Origin: a virus
Reading direction: 5' to 3' (one strand)
IMG/VR virus record: IMGVR_UViG_3300045988_101835
DNA: 64,000 bases
Every line of letters begins with the position of its first letter. Positions within the stretch are counted from its first letter, which is position 1. A program made the position numbers and the translations under genes. The notes below the pieces were generated by a model. It saw only the letters and a list, made by a program, of their open reading frames with translations, made no database searches and had not been told where the DNA came from. This document shows, piece after piece, positions 43,101 through 50,505 of the stretch.

Positions 43101-43414
43101 CGGAGACGATCTGTACGCAGGAGGGGGATATATCGTCCTTGCTTGATGCGCGCCTTAACTTGGTTGGTGCAGGTAATATTAACCGTATGCTTAAGTCGCT
43201 TGGCTATGGTGGCGTTGCTTTGGATGGCCGGGGTCAGGTTGCCCGTGCTGCTGTTTCGGACGTCGAGGCTCCGCGTCCGAGTGTCCGTTCGCTTCTGGAG
43301 GGTCGTGCTGCTTCGGGTCCGTCGTTTACGAGTTCTGATGTTATTGCTTCGATGACGCCGCGTCGTAGACGTGGTGGTGTCTGGGATTTGATTAATGGTT
43401 TGGGCGACAAGTGA
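40109..43414 (+). CDS. terL: Terminase large subunit interrupted by an intein
   Basis: The P-loop GSLGGGK|...|TSY is reconstituted after intein removal. Walker B-like GAIIDEANF. Sits upstream of the portal-size gene. Confidence 0.85.
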   Translation: MGSVKDTIQRRGGVASAVSDLLLTERKLVGFREFILSPDYMALEGVYPFWLKEADNMQDDLSSLVLTGSLGGGKCVVYSDLVSTDHGYVPIGSLVPDAGYGFTPFEVGVEQPDGSFAQTSHFYKEKDAEVLHLRCASGRSYSGTADHPRLAYRVGSDRVELVRCGDLRVGDYIARRWTGSIELHPDADEAKLYCLYGVWLGDGHFDNAVPHNPVIGYLSCDTLADWCREVEGYLTSNAHICKESGCRLYSLPLYRSRLRDFIGGYCVANTKYIHSAAFGSRERAFYTLYGLLITDGYVNKGHGTLGFATVSPRLADGVCSILDYLGLQYSIRKRTDRKYFYKKVGEWRPAQDSYRITISVESSHALYDAMLAYVPLLEMDAPHQRRLIEGLRADFEARASKSSRINCKTTFKLEGAEVGIVAQLRSVRQLTDVSTRNKFDSYARTTHSMLGNKAASNQAFERLRAWLEDRGQTLPDNLASFCDVRFDRIESIDTTVEDVYDVTVPSTHLFMSGNVVNHNTSYLNMVTCYKLYCWFSQGDLYNYFQILRGTPIYFLYFSVSMKAAERSGFKQLRQMIDNAPWFKNNFPRRKDIQSSIQFNNNFSIEFASGESHAIGLNVVGAIIDEANFRNGVGQGTVSEYSEVQRLAQQLEDRMHSRFTREGGKLISFMGYISSASYQSSFIEEKVAELASDPQGRVINAVQYKICPQNYSPKKFEVFCGYQQISPCIVQSKEHKATLVKSMSLPKSKAEGYFERVPEDLKSQFKKNIYLAIQNHCGRSTAAKGSFITNYDVVRKAYSDALLRACPLVQSSIVVSDQDDTPIRSVLDISRLQYTDRPHALCLDLSLTGDHGSLCCVRFDGYAADGRALHNEVFNLELVPPAFPGMLKVSKVEDFILWLAEHLNIVVFSTDQFQSTQLRQNVCEALMLPDIRLSLDSSDIPHLLWLSMLVDERLGLLYLERQDREIREAVHDVVKHKVVKRDGSSDDQFQTLVGAFFLSETICTQEGDISSLLDARLNLVGAGNINRMLKSLGYGGVALDGRGQVARAAVSDVEAPRPSVRSLLEGRAASGPSFTSSDVIASMTPRRRRGGVWDLINGLGDK
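40331..41665 (+). mobile_element. Intein (445 aa) with a LAGLIDADG homing endonuclease, inserted in the TerL Walker A loop
   Basis: Starts at Cys (CVVYSD), block B TADH, LYGVWLGDGHF and LYGLLITDGYV, ends VNHN followed by +1 Thr. Confidence 0.85.
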
Positions 43415-43427
43415 TGCTGTTGGTTAT

Positions 43428-43443
43428 GTGCAATTATATATCC
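43428..43443 (+). promoter_or_regulatory. Late-promoter-like motif (GTGCAATTATATATCC followed by tATAAAT)
   Basis: Intergenic, 20 nt before the ATG at 43464. Confidence 0.55.
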
Positions 43444-43463
43444 TATAAATTTATATTTTGATT

Positions 43464-44117
43464 ATGGTACGTAAGAAAGACGCTGCACAGTCTCAGAGTG
43501 CTGAAGTAGAAGTTAAGATTCCGTCGCAGTCTGCTGCGGACATTCCTGTTTTGTCGTTGGATGCTGTTCCTGCACCGCCTATGCCGGATGCGTCGGTTCC
43601 GTCCACTTCGGAGGATGCTATTGTTCCTCCTTTTGCAGGTGATCCTGCTTCGGTGAGTGTTGCACCTAATGGTGGTAAGAGCTTCGCCGAGTTGCTTTAT
43701 GAGGATGATGCTACAGGCGGTGTGGGTGCAGTTGCTTCGCCGTCTATGCCGAGTGCTTCCTTCGAGGAGCTTCCGGTTCTTGATATGGCGTTTATGCCTA
43801 AGCCTGACGCTGCTGTTGTCATGGATATTCCGAGTGAGAGTCCGTCTGTTGTTTCGCCGCAGCCTGCACCTGCTGGGAGTCTTCGTGATGCTATTGCTAA
43901 GCGTGGCGGCGCCTTTGGGTCGCGTGTTGGCATTAAGCAGCTCATTGCCGAGCGCGGTGGTGCTCAGCGTGAGGTTGCGGGTTTGGGCGTAAAAGCGGCC
44001 ATTGCTTCGCGTTCTTATCAGGGTGGTGGTGTTGGTGCATCTCGTGCCATTCGTGACCGCATGCAGGGCAGTATTCGTGCAGAGGCTGGTGTTTGCACGA
44101 CTAAGGTTGTAGGTTAA
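43464..44117 (+). CDS. Hypothetical late protein (A/P/S-rich)
   Basis: ATG at 43464 in ORF-track ORF 43458..44117. Confidence 0.55.
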   Translation: MVRKKDAAQSQSAEVEVKIPSQSAADIPVLSLDAVPAPPMPDASVPSTSEDAIVPPFAGDPASVSVAPNGGKSFAELLYEDDATGGVGAVASPSMPSASFEELPVLDMAFMPKPDAAVVMDIPSESPSVVSPQPAPAGSLRDAIAKRGGAFGSRVGIKQLIAERGGAQREVAGLGVKAAIASRSYQGGGVGASRAIRDRMQGSIRAEAGVCTTKVVG

Positions 44118-44128
44118 GACTTCATTTC

Positions 44129-45649
44129 ATGTATACTGGGGGTTTACAGTCATTAGGTTTAATGTTGGCGAATTTCCTCGGCATTCCGCCGGGGGTTTCG
44201 CTTCGTAGGACATACGGGAATCGCGGCACTTCCGCTAATGGGAATGGCTTGTCGGAGATTCTTGCCAATCATGATTTCATTAATTCGATTGTGGACATCA
44301 CGTCGGATGACGTGTGCGTAGGTAATTCTCCCGTGTACGTTTCGGGTCTGTCGTCTATTTCGAGTCCTGTTCTTAAGCAGCGCACGGAGGACATCTGTGC
44401 CGCTTTGAATAAGATCGTTCGTTGGGCTGCTGTCGACTTACTGAAGCATGGGTTGTCGATGTATGTTTTTCATTCTTACGAGGATCGTGTTGCGGGGCGG
44501 GTTAAGGCTTCGCTTGTTCCCTTCGTTGAGGATGTTAAGATTTACATGAAGCGTGACGGTTCTATTGTTTTCTATGATACGAAGGATCGTGTTGTCGAGA
44601 ATGTTCTTGTGTTCTTGAACTATTCTAAGGAGTCTCTGGTTAAGATTGAGTCCGGGTCTCATGACAATTCGATGTCGGACGCCGAGTGGGATGAGATGCT
44701 CTATGAGGTTACGCCGGAGCCTATTCAGCTTAAGAACGTTTCATCGGTTGCTCAGGACTTGTATGGTCTTGAGCGTTCTATGTATAGCTATCGCAATAAG
44801 TTGGCGCGTATCGTGCGGTTTATAACGGTTGATGTCGGTAACTCGCAGGGGGAGCGCACTCAGGAGATTATAGACGATATATCTCAGACTATCAATGCTG
44901 ATTCTCAGTCGTTACAGCCCACGATGACGCCCAACACGGATTTTGCGGACGGTATCTCTATTCATCCTCACCGTAAAGGTATCGGCAAGCCGGAGCTTGT
45001 TGAGAACGTTCCGGATTTCGATATTTCGAAGATGGCGGACTTGGATTATACGCTTGGTCGTCTTTTTCTGGCTACTCGCTTTCCTAAGACGTATGCCGAC
45101 TTTAACACGAATTTGAATGAGACTACTGTTTCGTTGATTCGTGGTGATATTCGGTATGCTCGTATGGTTGCTCATTGCCGCTTCAATATTGAGGATACGA
45201 TTAACAACTGGTTCCGGTCTTCGTCTAAGGAGCTTGACTCGTCGGATGTTTACTTCCGGTTGGTTAAGTTGCCTACGTCGGAGGATACGGATGTTGTCGA
45301 TACGCTTACGTCGTTTGCGGAGTTTTCCAATAATTTCATTGAGACTTTGGATAACGCAGAGACGCGTGAGGCGGCTCTCAATTACCTTCAGTCTATGGAG
45401 TCATTGTTGGATGATACTTCCAACTTGAGTTCGGTTCAGAATTGGTTCGAGCTTATGCGTTCGTACATCAACGATAAGTTCGATGCTTTGGACCGTGACG
45501 AGGAGAATGCTGCCGCGCAGGAGGCTGCCGCCCTTGAGGGGCTTGGTGCTTCGCTTCCGGCGGACGAGGGCGCTGCTGAGGATGCGGTTGCTGCAGATAT
45601 GGCTGCTGCCGCGGAGGAGTTCGAGGCACCGCCTGCAGTTCCGGAGTAG
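44129..45649 (+). CDS. Candidate portal protein (gp20-size)
   Basis: 506 aa. Lies downstream of terL in a T4-like head module, with an acidic C-terminus. No motif-level confirmation. Confidence 0.45.
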   Translation: MYTGGLQSLGLMLANFLGIPPGVSLRRTYGNRGTSANGNGLSEILANHDFINSIVDITSDDVCVGNSPVYVSGLSSISSPVLKQRTEDICAALNKIVRWAAVDLLKHGLSMYVFHSYEDRVAGRVKASLVPFVEDVKIYMKRDGSIVFYDTKDRVVENVLVFLNYSKESLVKIESGSHDNSMSDAEWDEMLYEVTPEPIQLKNVSSVAQDLYGLERSMYSYRNKLARIVRFITVDVGNSQGERTQEIIDDISQTINADSQSLQPTMTPNTDFADGISIHPHRKGIGKPELVENVPDFDISKMADLDYTLGRLFLATRFPKTYADFNTNLNETTVSLIRGDIRYARMVAHCRFNIEDTINNWFRSSSKELDSSDVYFRLVKLPTSEDTDVVDTLTSFAEFSNNFIETLDNAETREAALNYLQSMESLLDDTSNLSSVQNWFELMRSYINDKFDALDRDEENAAAQEAAALEGLGASLPADEGAAEDAVAADMAAAAEEFEAPPAVPE

Positions 45650-45674
45650 GCTTGGAGTATGCAGGTATAGGTTG

Positions 45675-45713
45675 GACGGAGGGTTATGCTATGGTGTTGC
45701 TCTCCGTCTTTTT
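45675..45713 (+). terminator. Terminator hairpin (gacggag-N20-ctccgtc-ttttt)
   Basis: 7-bp stem followed by T5. Confidence 0.55.
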
Positions 45714-45723
45714 GGTCTTAGGA

Positions 45724-45755
45724 TTTGCATAATAAAATTAATATCTTTATATTTG
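45724..45755 (+). promoter_or_regulatory. Bacteroidota-type promoter driving the toxin cassette
   Basis: tttg at 45724-45727 and tatatttg at 45748-45755, with 20-nt spacing. Confidence 0.65.
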
Positions 45756-45776
45756 TGTTATAAAATTGGTGACTTT

Positions 45777-46028
45777 ATGAGTGACTTTATAACTGCAATT
45801 TGTGATTTTGAAGATGATGATGCTCGTCCTCTTTCGGAGCGGGTCAATGATGCTGACTTTGACGAGGCTGCGTGGTTAGCACAGGCTACGGAGGATGCAC
45901 GTGCGGAGGGGTTTGCTGATCCTGAGCGTGTAGCTCGCAATTATCTTTACACTCTGCGTCATCCTTTTGAAGAGCGAGTGCCGTTGGAGGATGTTTTAGC
46001 TAAGCTTCGTGCGACTTACGGCATATAA
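45777..46028 (+). CDS. Small acidic protein, paralog 1 (candidate antitoxin)
   Basis: DFDEAAWLAQATEDARAEGFADP...PLEDVLAKL. Overlaps the toxin start by 20 nt. Confidence 0.6.
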   Translation: MSDFITAICDFEDDDARPLSERVNDADFDEAAWLAQATEDARAEGFADPERVARNYLYTLRHPFEERVPLEDVLAKLRATYGI

Positions 46029-46299
46029 GGTTGTTTTTCGTAAGTCTGCTTTAAAGGCTTTTGAGAAGTATATCGATAGGATTCAGCCAGCTAGGCGTGC
46101 GAGAGCTTTAGAGGTGGTAGAGTCTTTAGCTGTTTCTCCACGTAGTGGTATTGGAGCCAAGCATATGCTTAAGGGTTCTTTTAATAGGCGGTGGGCTTGT
46201 TCTGTGACTCCTTCGGCGCGGCTTTTGTATCATATTGAGGATGATGTGTTGGTAGTCGATATATTTGATTTTAGTGTTGATCATTATAGGGATGTTTAG
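46009..46299 (+). CDS. YoeB/Txe-like (RelE superfamily) toxin
   Basis: YKVVFRKSALKAF..., LKGSFNRRWACSVTPSARLLYHIEDDVLVVDIFDFSVDHY resembles YoeB [33 protein letters not shown]. GTG start. Confidence 0.7.
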   Translation: MRLTAYKVVFRKSALKAFEKYIDRIQPARRARALEVVESLAVSPRSGIGAKHMLKGSFNRRWACSVTPSARLLYHIEDDVLVVDIFDFSVDHYRDV

Positions 46300-46309
46300 C
46301 TTTGACTCT

Positions 46310-46477
46310 ATGGATTTTGATGAGTCTGCGTGGTTAGCACAGGCTACGGAGGACGCGCGTGCGGAGGGTTTTGCTAATCCTCGTGAGGTGGCTGTTTCTT
46401 GTTTGGATGTTTTACGCAAGCGTCCCATGAAGACAATCACTTTGTCTGAGTTTCTCTCTAAGTATCGTTCTGAGTGA
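46310..46477 (+). CDS. Small acidic protein, paralog 2
   Basis: MDFDESAWLAQATEDARAEGFANP...TLSEFLSKY. A 69-nt core is about 90% identical to paralog 1. Confidence 0.55.
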   Translation: MDFDESAWLAQATEDARAEGFANPREVAVSCLDVLRKRPMKTITLSEFLSKYRSE

Positions 46478-46505
46478 TGTGTGCTTTTAGGCATTTCGTG
46501 GGGTT

Positions 46506-46697
46506 ATGTGTTTAATTGATTACGATTTCGATTCTCCGGATTTTGATGAGTCATCTTGGCTTGCTGCCATGTCCGATGCTTTAGCGGCGGAGGGTTTTGC
46601 TGACTCGGATGCAATGGCTCGGGACCTGTTGGAGAGTCGACGTCATCCGGAGCAGGTATGCTCTCTGGAGGATGTATTTGCAGAGTTTGGGTTGTAG
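46506..46697 (+). CDS. Small acidic protein, paralog 3
   Basis: DFDESSWLAAMSDALAAEGFADS...SLEDVFAEFGL. Confidence 0.55.
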   Translation: MCLIDYDFDSPDFDESSWLAAMSDALAAEGFADSDAMARDLLESRRHPEQVCSLEDVFAEFGL

Positions 46698-46715
46698 TGT
46701 TAGTTACTGTGTGTT

Positions 46716-47345
46716 ATGGCCAAGCAGAATAAACCAATAAGATTGACCAAGTCGAATACCCGCAAGTATCCGAGCAGTTCGCCTTCGCGTAGTAGCTCCG
46801 TTATGAAGACGAAGCCGTCGTCTTTGAATTATAAGAAGTTTCTCTCTGAGCGAGATTTCTTGAAGGTCGCTAAGCGTGCAAGCATGGTGCAAGGTTGGTC
46901 CTTGTCCTCCATTGACTTCGCAGGCAATGAGCTTCGCTTCTTGGTTAATTCTGTAACACGTCCCGGCATTAAGTATACGATTATCGTTCAGGTCAATCCC
47001 ATTGCTAAGAGCGTGATGATCGACAAGAAGGCTAAGCTGTATAAGATACTGCAGGACGCGGGTTTGAAGATATTTTGCAGTTGTCCTGCTTGGGGTTACT
47101 TCGGCTACTCTTATAAGGCTTGGCGTCAGGGCTATGGTATATTTCCAGAGACACGTTATCCTCACATTCGCAATCCACATTTGCGCGGCTTCGTGTGTAA
47201 GCATTTGCATTATGTGATGCGGCTCTGGCCCTTCCTTTCTCGACAGATTGCGAAGCAGTTCCGGGATTACTGGACTAAGGAGCAGTTGGAGCAAATTGAT
47301 GATGCTATTGAATATGCTTTGAAGGGTATCAAGATTGATTTTTAG
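46716..47345 (+). CDS. SWIM zinc-finger protein
   Basis: CSCPAWGY...CKHLH is the CxC-Xn-CxH SWIM signature. Confidence 0.6.
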   Translation: MAKQNKPIRLTKSNTRKYPSSSPSRSSSVMKTKPSSLNYKKFLSERDFLKVAKRASMVQGWSLSSIDFAGNELRFLVNSVTRPGIKYTIIVQVNPIAKSVMIDKKAKLYKILQDAGLKIFCSCPAWGYFGYSYKAWRQGYGIFPETRYPHIRNPHLRGFVCKHLHYVMRLWPFLSRQIAKQFRDYWTKEQLEQIDDAIEYALKGIKIDF

Positions 47346-47399
47346 TTTTGTTTAGTTTTACATTTGGTTTCATATAAGGAGGTTTGGTCCTCCGGTTTG

Positions 47400-47445
47400 C
47401 CTCGGGTGTTGCATGACGTCAGTCGTGCAATGTCCGAGGGTTTTT
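47400..47445 (+). terminator. Terminator (cctcgg...ccgagg outer stem with an inner ttgcatgac/tcgtgcaa stem, then T5)
   Basis: Read directly from the sequence. Lies in the spurious 5' extension of ORF-track ORF 47364. Confidence 0.6.
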
Positions 47446-47449
47446 GTTT

Positions 47450-47465
47450 GTGCAATTATATATCC
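47450..47465 (+). promoter_or_regulatory. Late-promoter-like motif (GTGCAATTATATATCC)
   Basis: 27 nt before the ATG at 47493. Confidence 0.55.
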
Positions 47466-47492
47466 TTAAAATTAAAAATTGTTTTAGGATAT

Positions 47493-49307
47493 ATGGCAAA
47501 GTTGATTCCTATGGTTCGTGAGTTCAACACGTCTCCGGTTGCGGAGCTTGACGTGCTGTCTCACAACATTTCGGTTATAGCTTCGGAGCTTGGTGTTGAG
47601 TATGCTACTCCGGTCTCGACTGTTTCTTTCGTCCGTGCTGTTGGTGACGGTAACGAGTTCACGGTTACGGTTGATGCTGTTTCTGCGGAGTCGAAAGTGG
47701 GAGTTGTTACTCTCCTTGTTGATCGTGATTCGGATGTAGAGTATACTATTTCGGCGGAGGGCTTCGAGGATATTACGGGCACTTTGTATGTTTCGGATGT
47801 CAATGCTCAGGTCCTGCTTCCTCGGTTTACTGCTGTAAGTAGTGATGAGAAGTTTACTGTCACGGTGTCGGCCACTCCGTCGGATGCTACGGTTAAGATC
47901 AACGGCCAGTCTGTTTCGGAGTTGGAGGTTGCCGCGGGATCGAATGTTTCGTGGTCTGTGTCTAAGGACGGTTACATTCCTCAGTCGGGCAACATTCAGT
48001 CTATTTCCAAGGATGAGACTGTTACTGTTACGCTGGAGGCCGATGCTATCGAGTCGTATAGTGACGTTGCCGTTGTCCTGAGTTACGCGGGCACTCCGGT
48101 TGCTGCTTCCGGCGGTACGGTTACTCCTACTGTTTCTTATTCTCAGATTGCTTCTTATAAGTCTGGTAAGACGGAGACCATTACTTCGGGTGGTTCTGTT
48201 TCATTCTCCGGCGATGATGTAGATACTGTTTCGGGTTCTGTTGATGTTCCGAGCGCTGGTACTACTGTTTCGGATGTCACCTTGATTACCACGGCTACCT
48301 GCACTGTTTCGCTGAATGGCAAGAGCGGTTCTGCTTCTGCCGAGATTAACCGTGCTGCTAATACTGTAGAGTATAGTGCACCTGTTGTTTCGGGTGGCAC
48401 CTACGCTGAGATTCCTGCAGGCGGCGGCAGCTCGACTCCGTCGGGTCTTTCTTATACTCAGACTGCCACTTACAGTTCTGGTTCGTCTGAGGCCATCGCC
48501 ACAGGCGGTGATGTTACCTACAGTATGCCTACTGTTGAGGGTCTGACTTTGGCTAGTGCTTCGACGGGTGAGGTTTCGGGTACTGATCGTGGTTCTGTTG
48601 CAGGTGACGCTATCTCTGGTACTGTTACAGCTACGGTTAGCTTGAATTCCAAGTCTGGCACGCTGGAGATGCCTGTTTCGCAGGCCGCCAATGAGGCAAC
48701 CTACGGGGATGTTTCGGTTGTCGTAGGCGCTATCGCTGATATTCCTGCTTCGGGTGGCGAGGCTGTTGTTGGTGATGTTACTTGCACGCAGGCTGTGTCT
48801 TATACGTCTGGCGCATCTTTGGAGAATCCGATTGAGGATTATACTGTGTCTAGTCCTCTGCCGTCCGCTTCGGATTTGTCTACGACGGTTAAGGAGCGCA
48901 CGAAGGTTGGTACTGTTACTGTTACGGCTACGGGTCAGGGTGATAAGTCCGGTACGGGTTCTGCTGATGTCTATCAGGCGGCTAATGTTGCCACGTATGG
49001 TGACGCTACGGTTTCTTTGACTTATCCTGACATTCCTGCTGAGGGTGGTAGTGTTAATCCTAACGCTTTGACGGGTACTCAGTCTGTATCTTATACTTCG
49101 GGTGCTTCGGAGTCGGATGTTTTCGAGGTGGAGGGTTCTCCGGTGTATAGCGGCACGAATGTCGATCCGAGCACGGGTACTGTTACAGCAGAGGCTACGG
49201 AGTCCGCTTCTCGCACTCTTATTACTACGGCTTCGGTTTCTGTTCAGAGCCACGGCAAGACGGCTACGGCTTCTGCTGAGGTTTATCAGGCCGCTAAGAC
49301 GGAGTAG
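47493..49307 (+). CDS. Capsid-decoration-like protein (Hoc analogue) with PEGA/Ig-like modules and 4 tandem repeats
   Basis: FTVTVSATPSDATVKINGQ...SKDGY is PEGA-like. Four units of about 103 aa end in (Y/S)QAAN. Head-module context. Confidence 0.55.
   Translation: MAKLIPMVREFNTSPVAELDVLSHNISVIASELGVEYATPVSTVSFVRAVGDGNEFTVTVDAVSAESKVGVVTLLVDRDSDVEYTISAEGFEDITGTLYVSDVNAQVLLPRFTAVSSDEKFTVTVSATPSDATVKINGQSVSELEVAAGSNVSWSVSKDGYIPQSGNIQSISKDETVTVTLEADAIESYSDVAVVLSYAGTPVAASGGTVTPTVSYSQIASYKSGKTETITSGGSVSFSGDDVDTVSGSVDVPSAGTTVSDVTLITTATCTVSLNGKSGSASAEINRAANTVEYSAPVVSGGTYAEIPAGGGSSTPSGLSYTQTATYSSGSSEAIATGGDVTYSMPTVEGLTLASASTGEVSGTDRGSVAGDAISGTVTATVSLNSKSGTLEMPVSQAANEATYGDVSVVVGAIADIPASGGEAVVGDVTCTQAVSYTSGASLENPIEDYTVSSPLPSASDLSTTVKERTKVGTVTVTATGQGDKSGTGSADVYQAANVATYGDATVSLTYPDIPAEGGSVNPNALTGTQSVSYTSGASESDVFEVEGSPVYSGTNVDPSTGTVTAEATESASRTLITTASVSVQSHGKTATASAEVYQAAKTE
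48063..49304 (+). repeat. Four tandem coding repeats of about 310 nt
   Basis: Repeat units: ...YSQIASYKSGK...INRAAN, ...YTQTATYSSGS...VSQAAN, ...CTQAVSYTSGA...VYQAAN, ...GTQSVSYTSGA...VYQAAK. Confidence 0.75.
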
Positions 49308-49348
49308 TTCTTTTGGTTTAAAACTTACTTTTCTAAATTTTTGTACAT

Positions 49349-49714
49349 ATGGCAGATGCTAAATTACTGAGGATGGATCGTGCACGGTTCACCTCTCCGG
49401 TTGCACAGTTGGACGCTGTTAAGTTCAACATTCAGGTTCTGGCTGCAAAGGCAGGTCTGGAGTTTGAAGACCCCATGACGGCTGTTTCGTTCAAGGGTTC
49501 GGTTGGTGCTTACGCTCCGGCTTACACTATCACTATCAACAGCAATACTTACAATCCGGATGCTAACGGCGTTGCGGTTGCTGTGTTGCCGTCGGGTGAG
49601 TCTGTTTCGTTCACGGCTAAGGCTGAGGGTTATGTAGACATTACGGGTTCGATTACTCCTGAGGGTATCAACCAGATTGTTTACCTGACTTGGGCTGCTG
49701 CTCCTAAAGCGTAA
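49349..49714 (+). CDS. Small decoration-like protein sharing its N-terminal domain with ORF 47493
   Basis: FTSPVAQLDAVKFNIQVLAAKAGLEFEDPMTAVSF matches FNTSPVAELDVLSHNISVIASELGVEYATPVSTVSF. Confidence 0.55.
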   Translation: MADAKLLRMDRARFTSPVAQLDAVKFNIQVLAAKAGLEFEDPMTAVSFKGSVGAYAPAYTITINSNTYNPDANGVAVAVLPSGESVSFTAKAEGYVDITGSITPEGINQIVYLTWAAAPKA

Positions 49715-49724
49715 CGGGCACTAA

Positions 49725-49738
49725 GCAATTATATATCC
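49725..49738 (+). promoter_or_regulatory. Late-promoter-like motif (GCAATTATATATCC followed by cATAAAT)
   Basis: 13 nt before the ATG at 49752. Confidence 0.55.
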
Positions 49739-49751
49739 CATAAATTCGGAG

Positions 49752-50459
49752 ATGATGTTTAACAAGGTCTTTGCAACATACAAGAGTCAGTTTAAGGTTG
49801 TAGACTCTACGGAGGCGGCAGATGGTACCCGGATTCCTATTATTCGTGGTGCTGCGTCGCATACGGATGTTCAGAGCCAGAAGGGCTACCGTTATCGCTC
49901 TGGTTTCTGGGATAAGGTGATTAATGATCCTGCGCTTCAGCAGCGCATTGAGGAGCGGGATATGCTTGGCATGATCGAGCATCCTACGGATGACTCGGAT
50001 TACATGCGGACGCCTTTGGATAAGGCATCGCATGTTGTGATGCGTGCATGGGTTGATGAGTCTTCGCATGACCCGTGGATTGATTGTGGGTTGCTTAACA
50101 ATCCGGATGGTAACGCTATTAAGGCTTTGGTTGATGTAGGTTTTCGTCCGGGTTGCAGCACTCGCGGTCTTGGTGACTATTTGATGGATTCGATTTCCGA
50201 GTATCTGGACCCTGATACTTTCACGGTTATTACTTGGGACTTGGTCAAGTCGCCGAATTTCGGAGACATTAGGTTGGAACGCGTATCGGATTCCTTGCTG
50301 GCTTCGCCGATTTTCAAGGAGGCTGTGCAGATGTATCAGTTACGAGACTCTGTAGACGATGCTTATAATCCCGACCGTTTGTTATTGGAGACGCGCCGCG
50401 CCATTTCCGCGCTTCAGGATTTATGTTCTGCTCTTGAGCGCAGTTGTCAGCGGTCTTAG
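49752..50459 (+). CDS. T4 gp21-like prohead core protease
   Basis: MLGMIEHP resembles ALGELNHP, GFRPGCSTRGLGDY resembles GWIPGVSSRGLGSL, and WDLVKSPNF resembles VDAVWGPSAP. Confidence 0.75.
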   Translation: MMFNKVFATYKSQFKVVDSTEAADGTRIPIIRGAASHTDVQSQKGYRYRSGFWDKVINDPALQQRIEERDMLGMIEHPTDDSDYMRTPLDKASHVVMRAWVDESSHDPWIDCGLLNNPDGNAIKALVDVGFRPGCSTRGLGDYLMDSISEYLDPDTFTVITWDLVKSPNFGDIRLERVSDSLLASPIFKEAVQMYQLRDSVDDAYNPDRLLLETRRAISALQDLCSALERSCQRS

Positions 50460-50505
50460 TTTCCAGTAGGTTTTGATTATTTCATTTTAAGTTATTAAAA
50501 GTTTT

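Noticed and set aside
45483-46028. The 181-aa ORF-track ORF spanning the portal 3' end, the terminator, the promoter and small acidic protein A1.
   Set aside because: Only the last 83 codons (from the ATG at 45777) follow the terminator and promoter and show the conserved paralog motif. The upstream part is a shifted-frame artefact.
47364-47492. The 5' extension of the decoration-protein ORF.
   Set aside because: It runs through a terminator hairpin and the late-promoter motif. The ATG at 47493 gives an N-terminus homologous to that of ORF 49349.
48063-49304. Tandem repeats that might be mistaken for a CRISPR or other non-coding array.
   Set aside because: The units are about 310 nt long, diverged and in-frame within a long ORF, with no short direct repeats and unique spacers. 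I saw no CRISPR array anywhere in the window.
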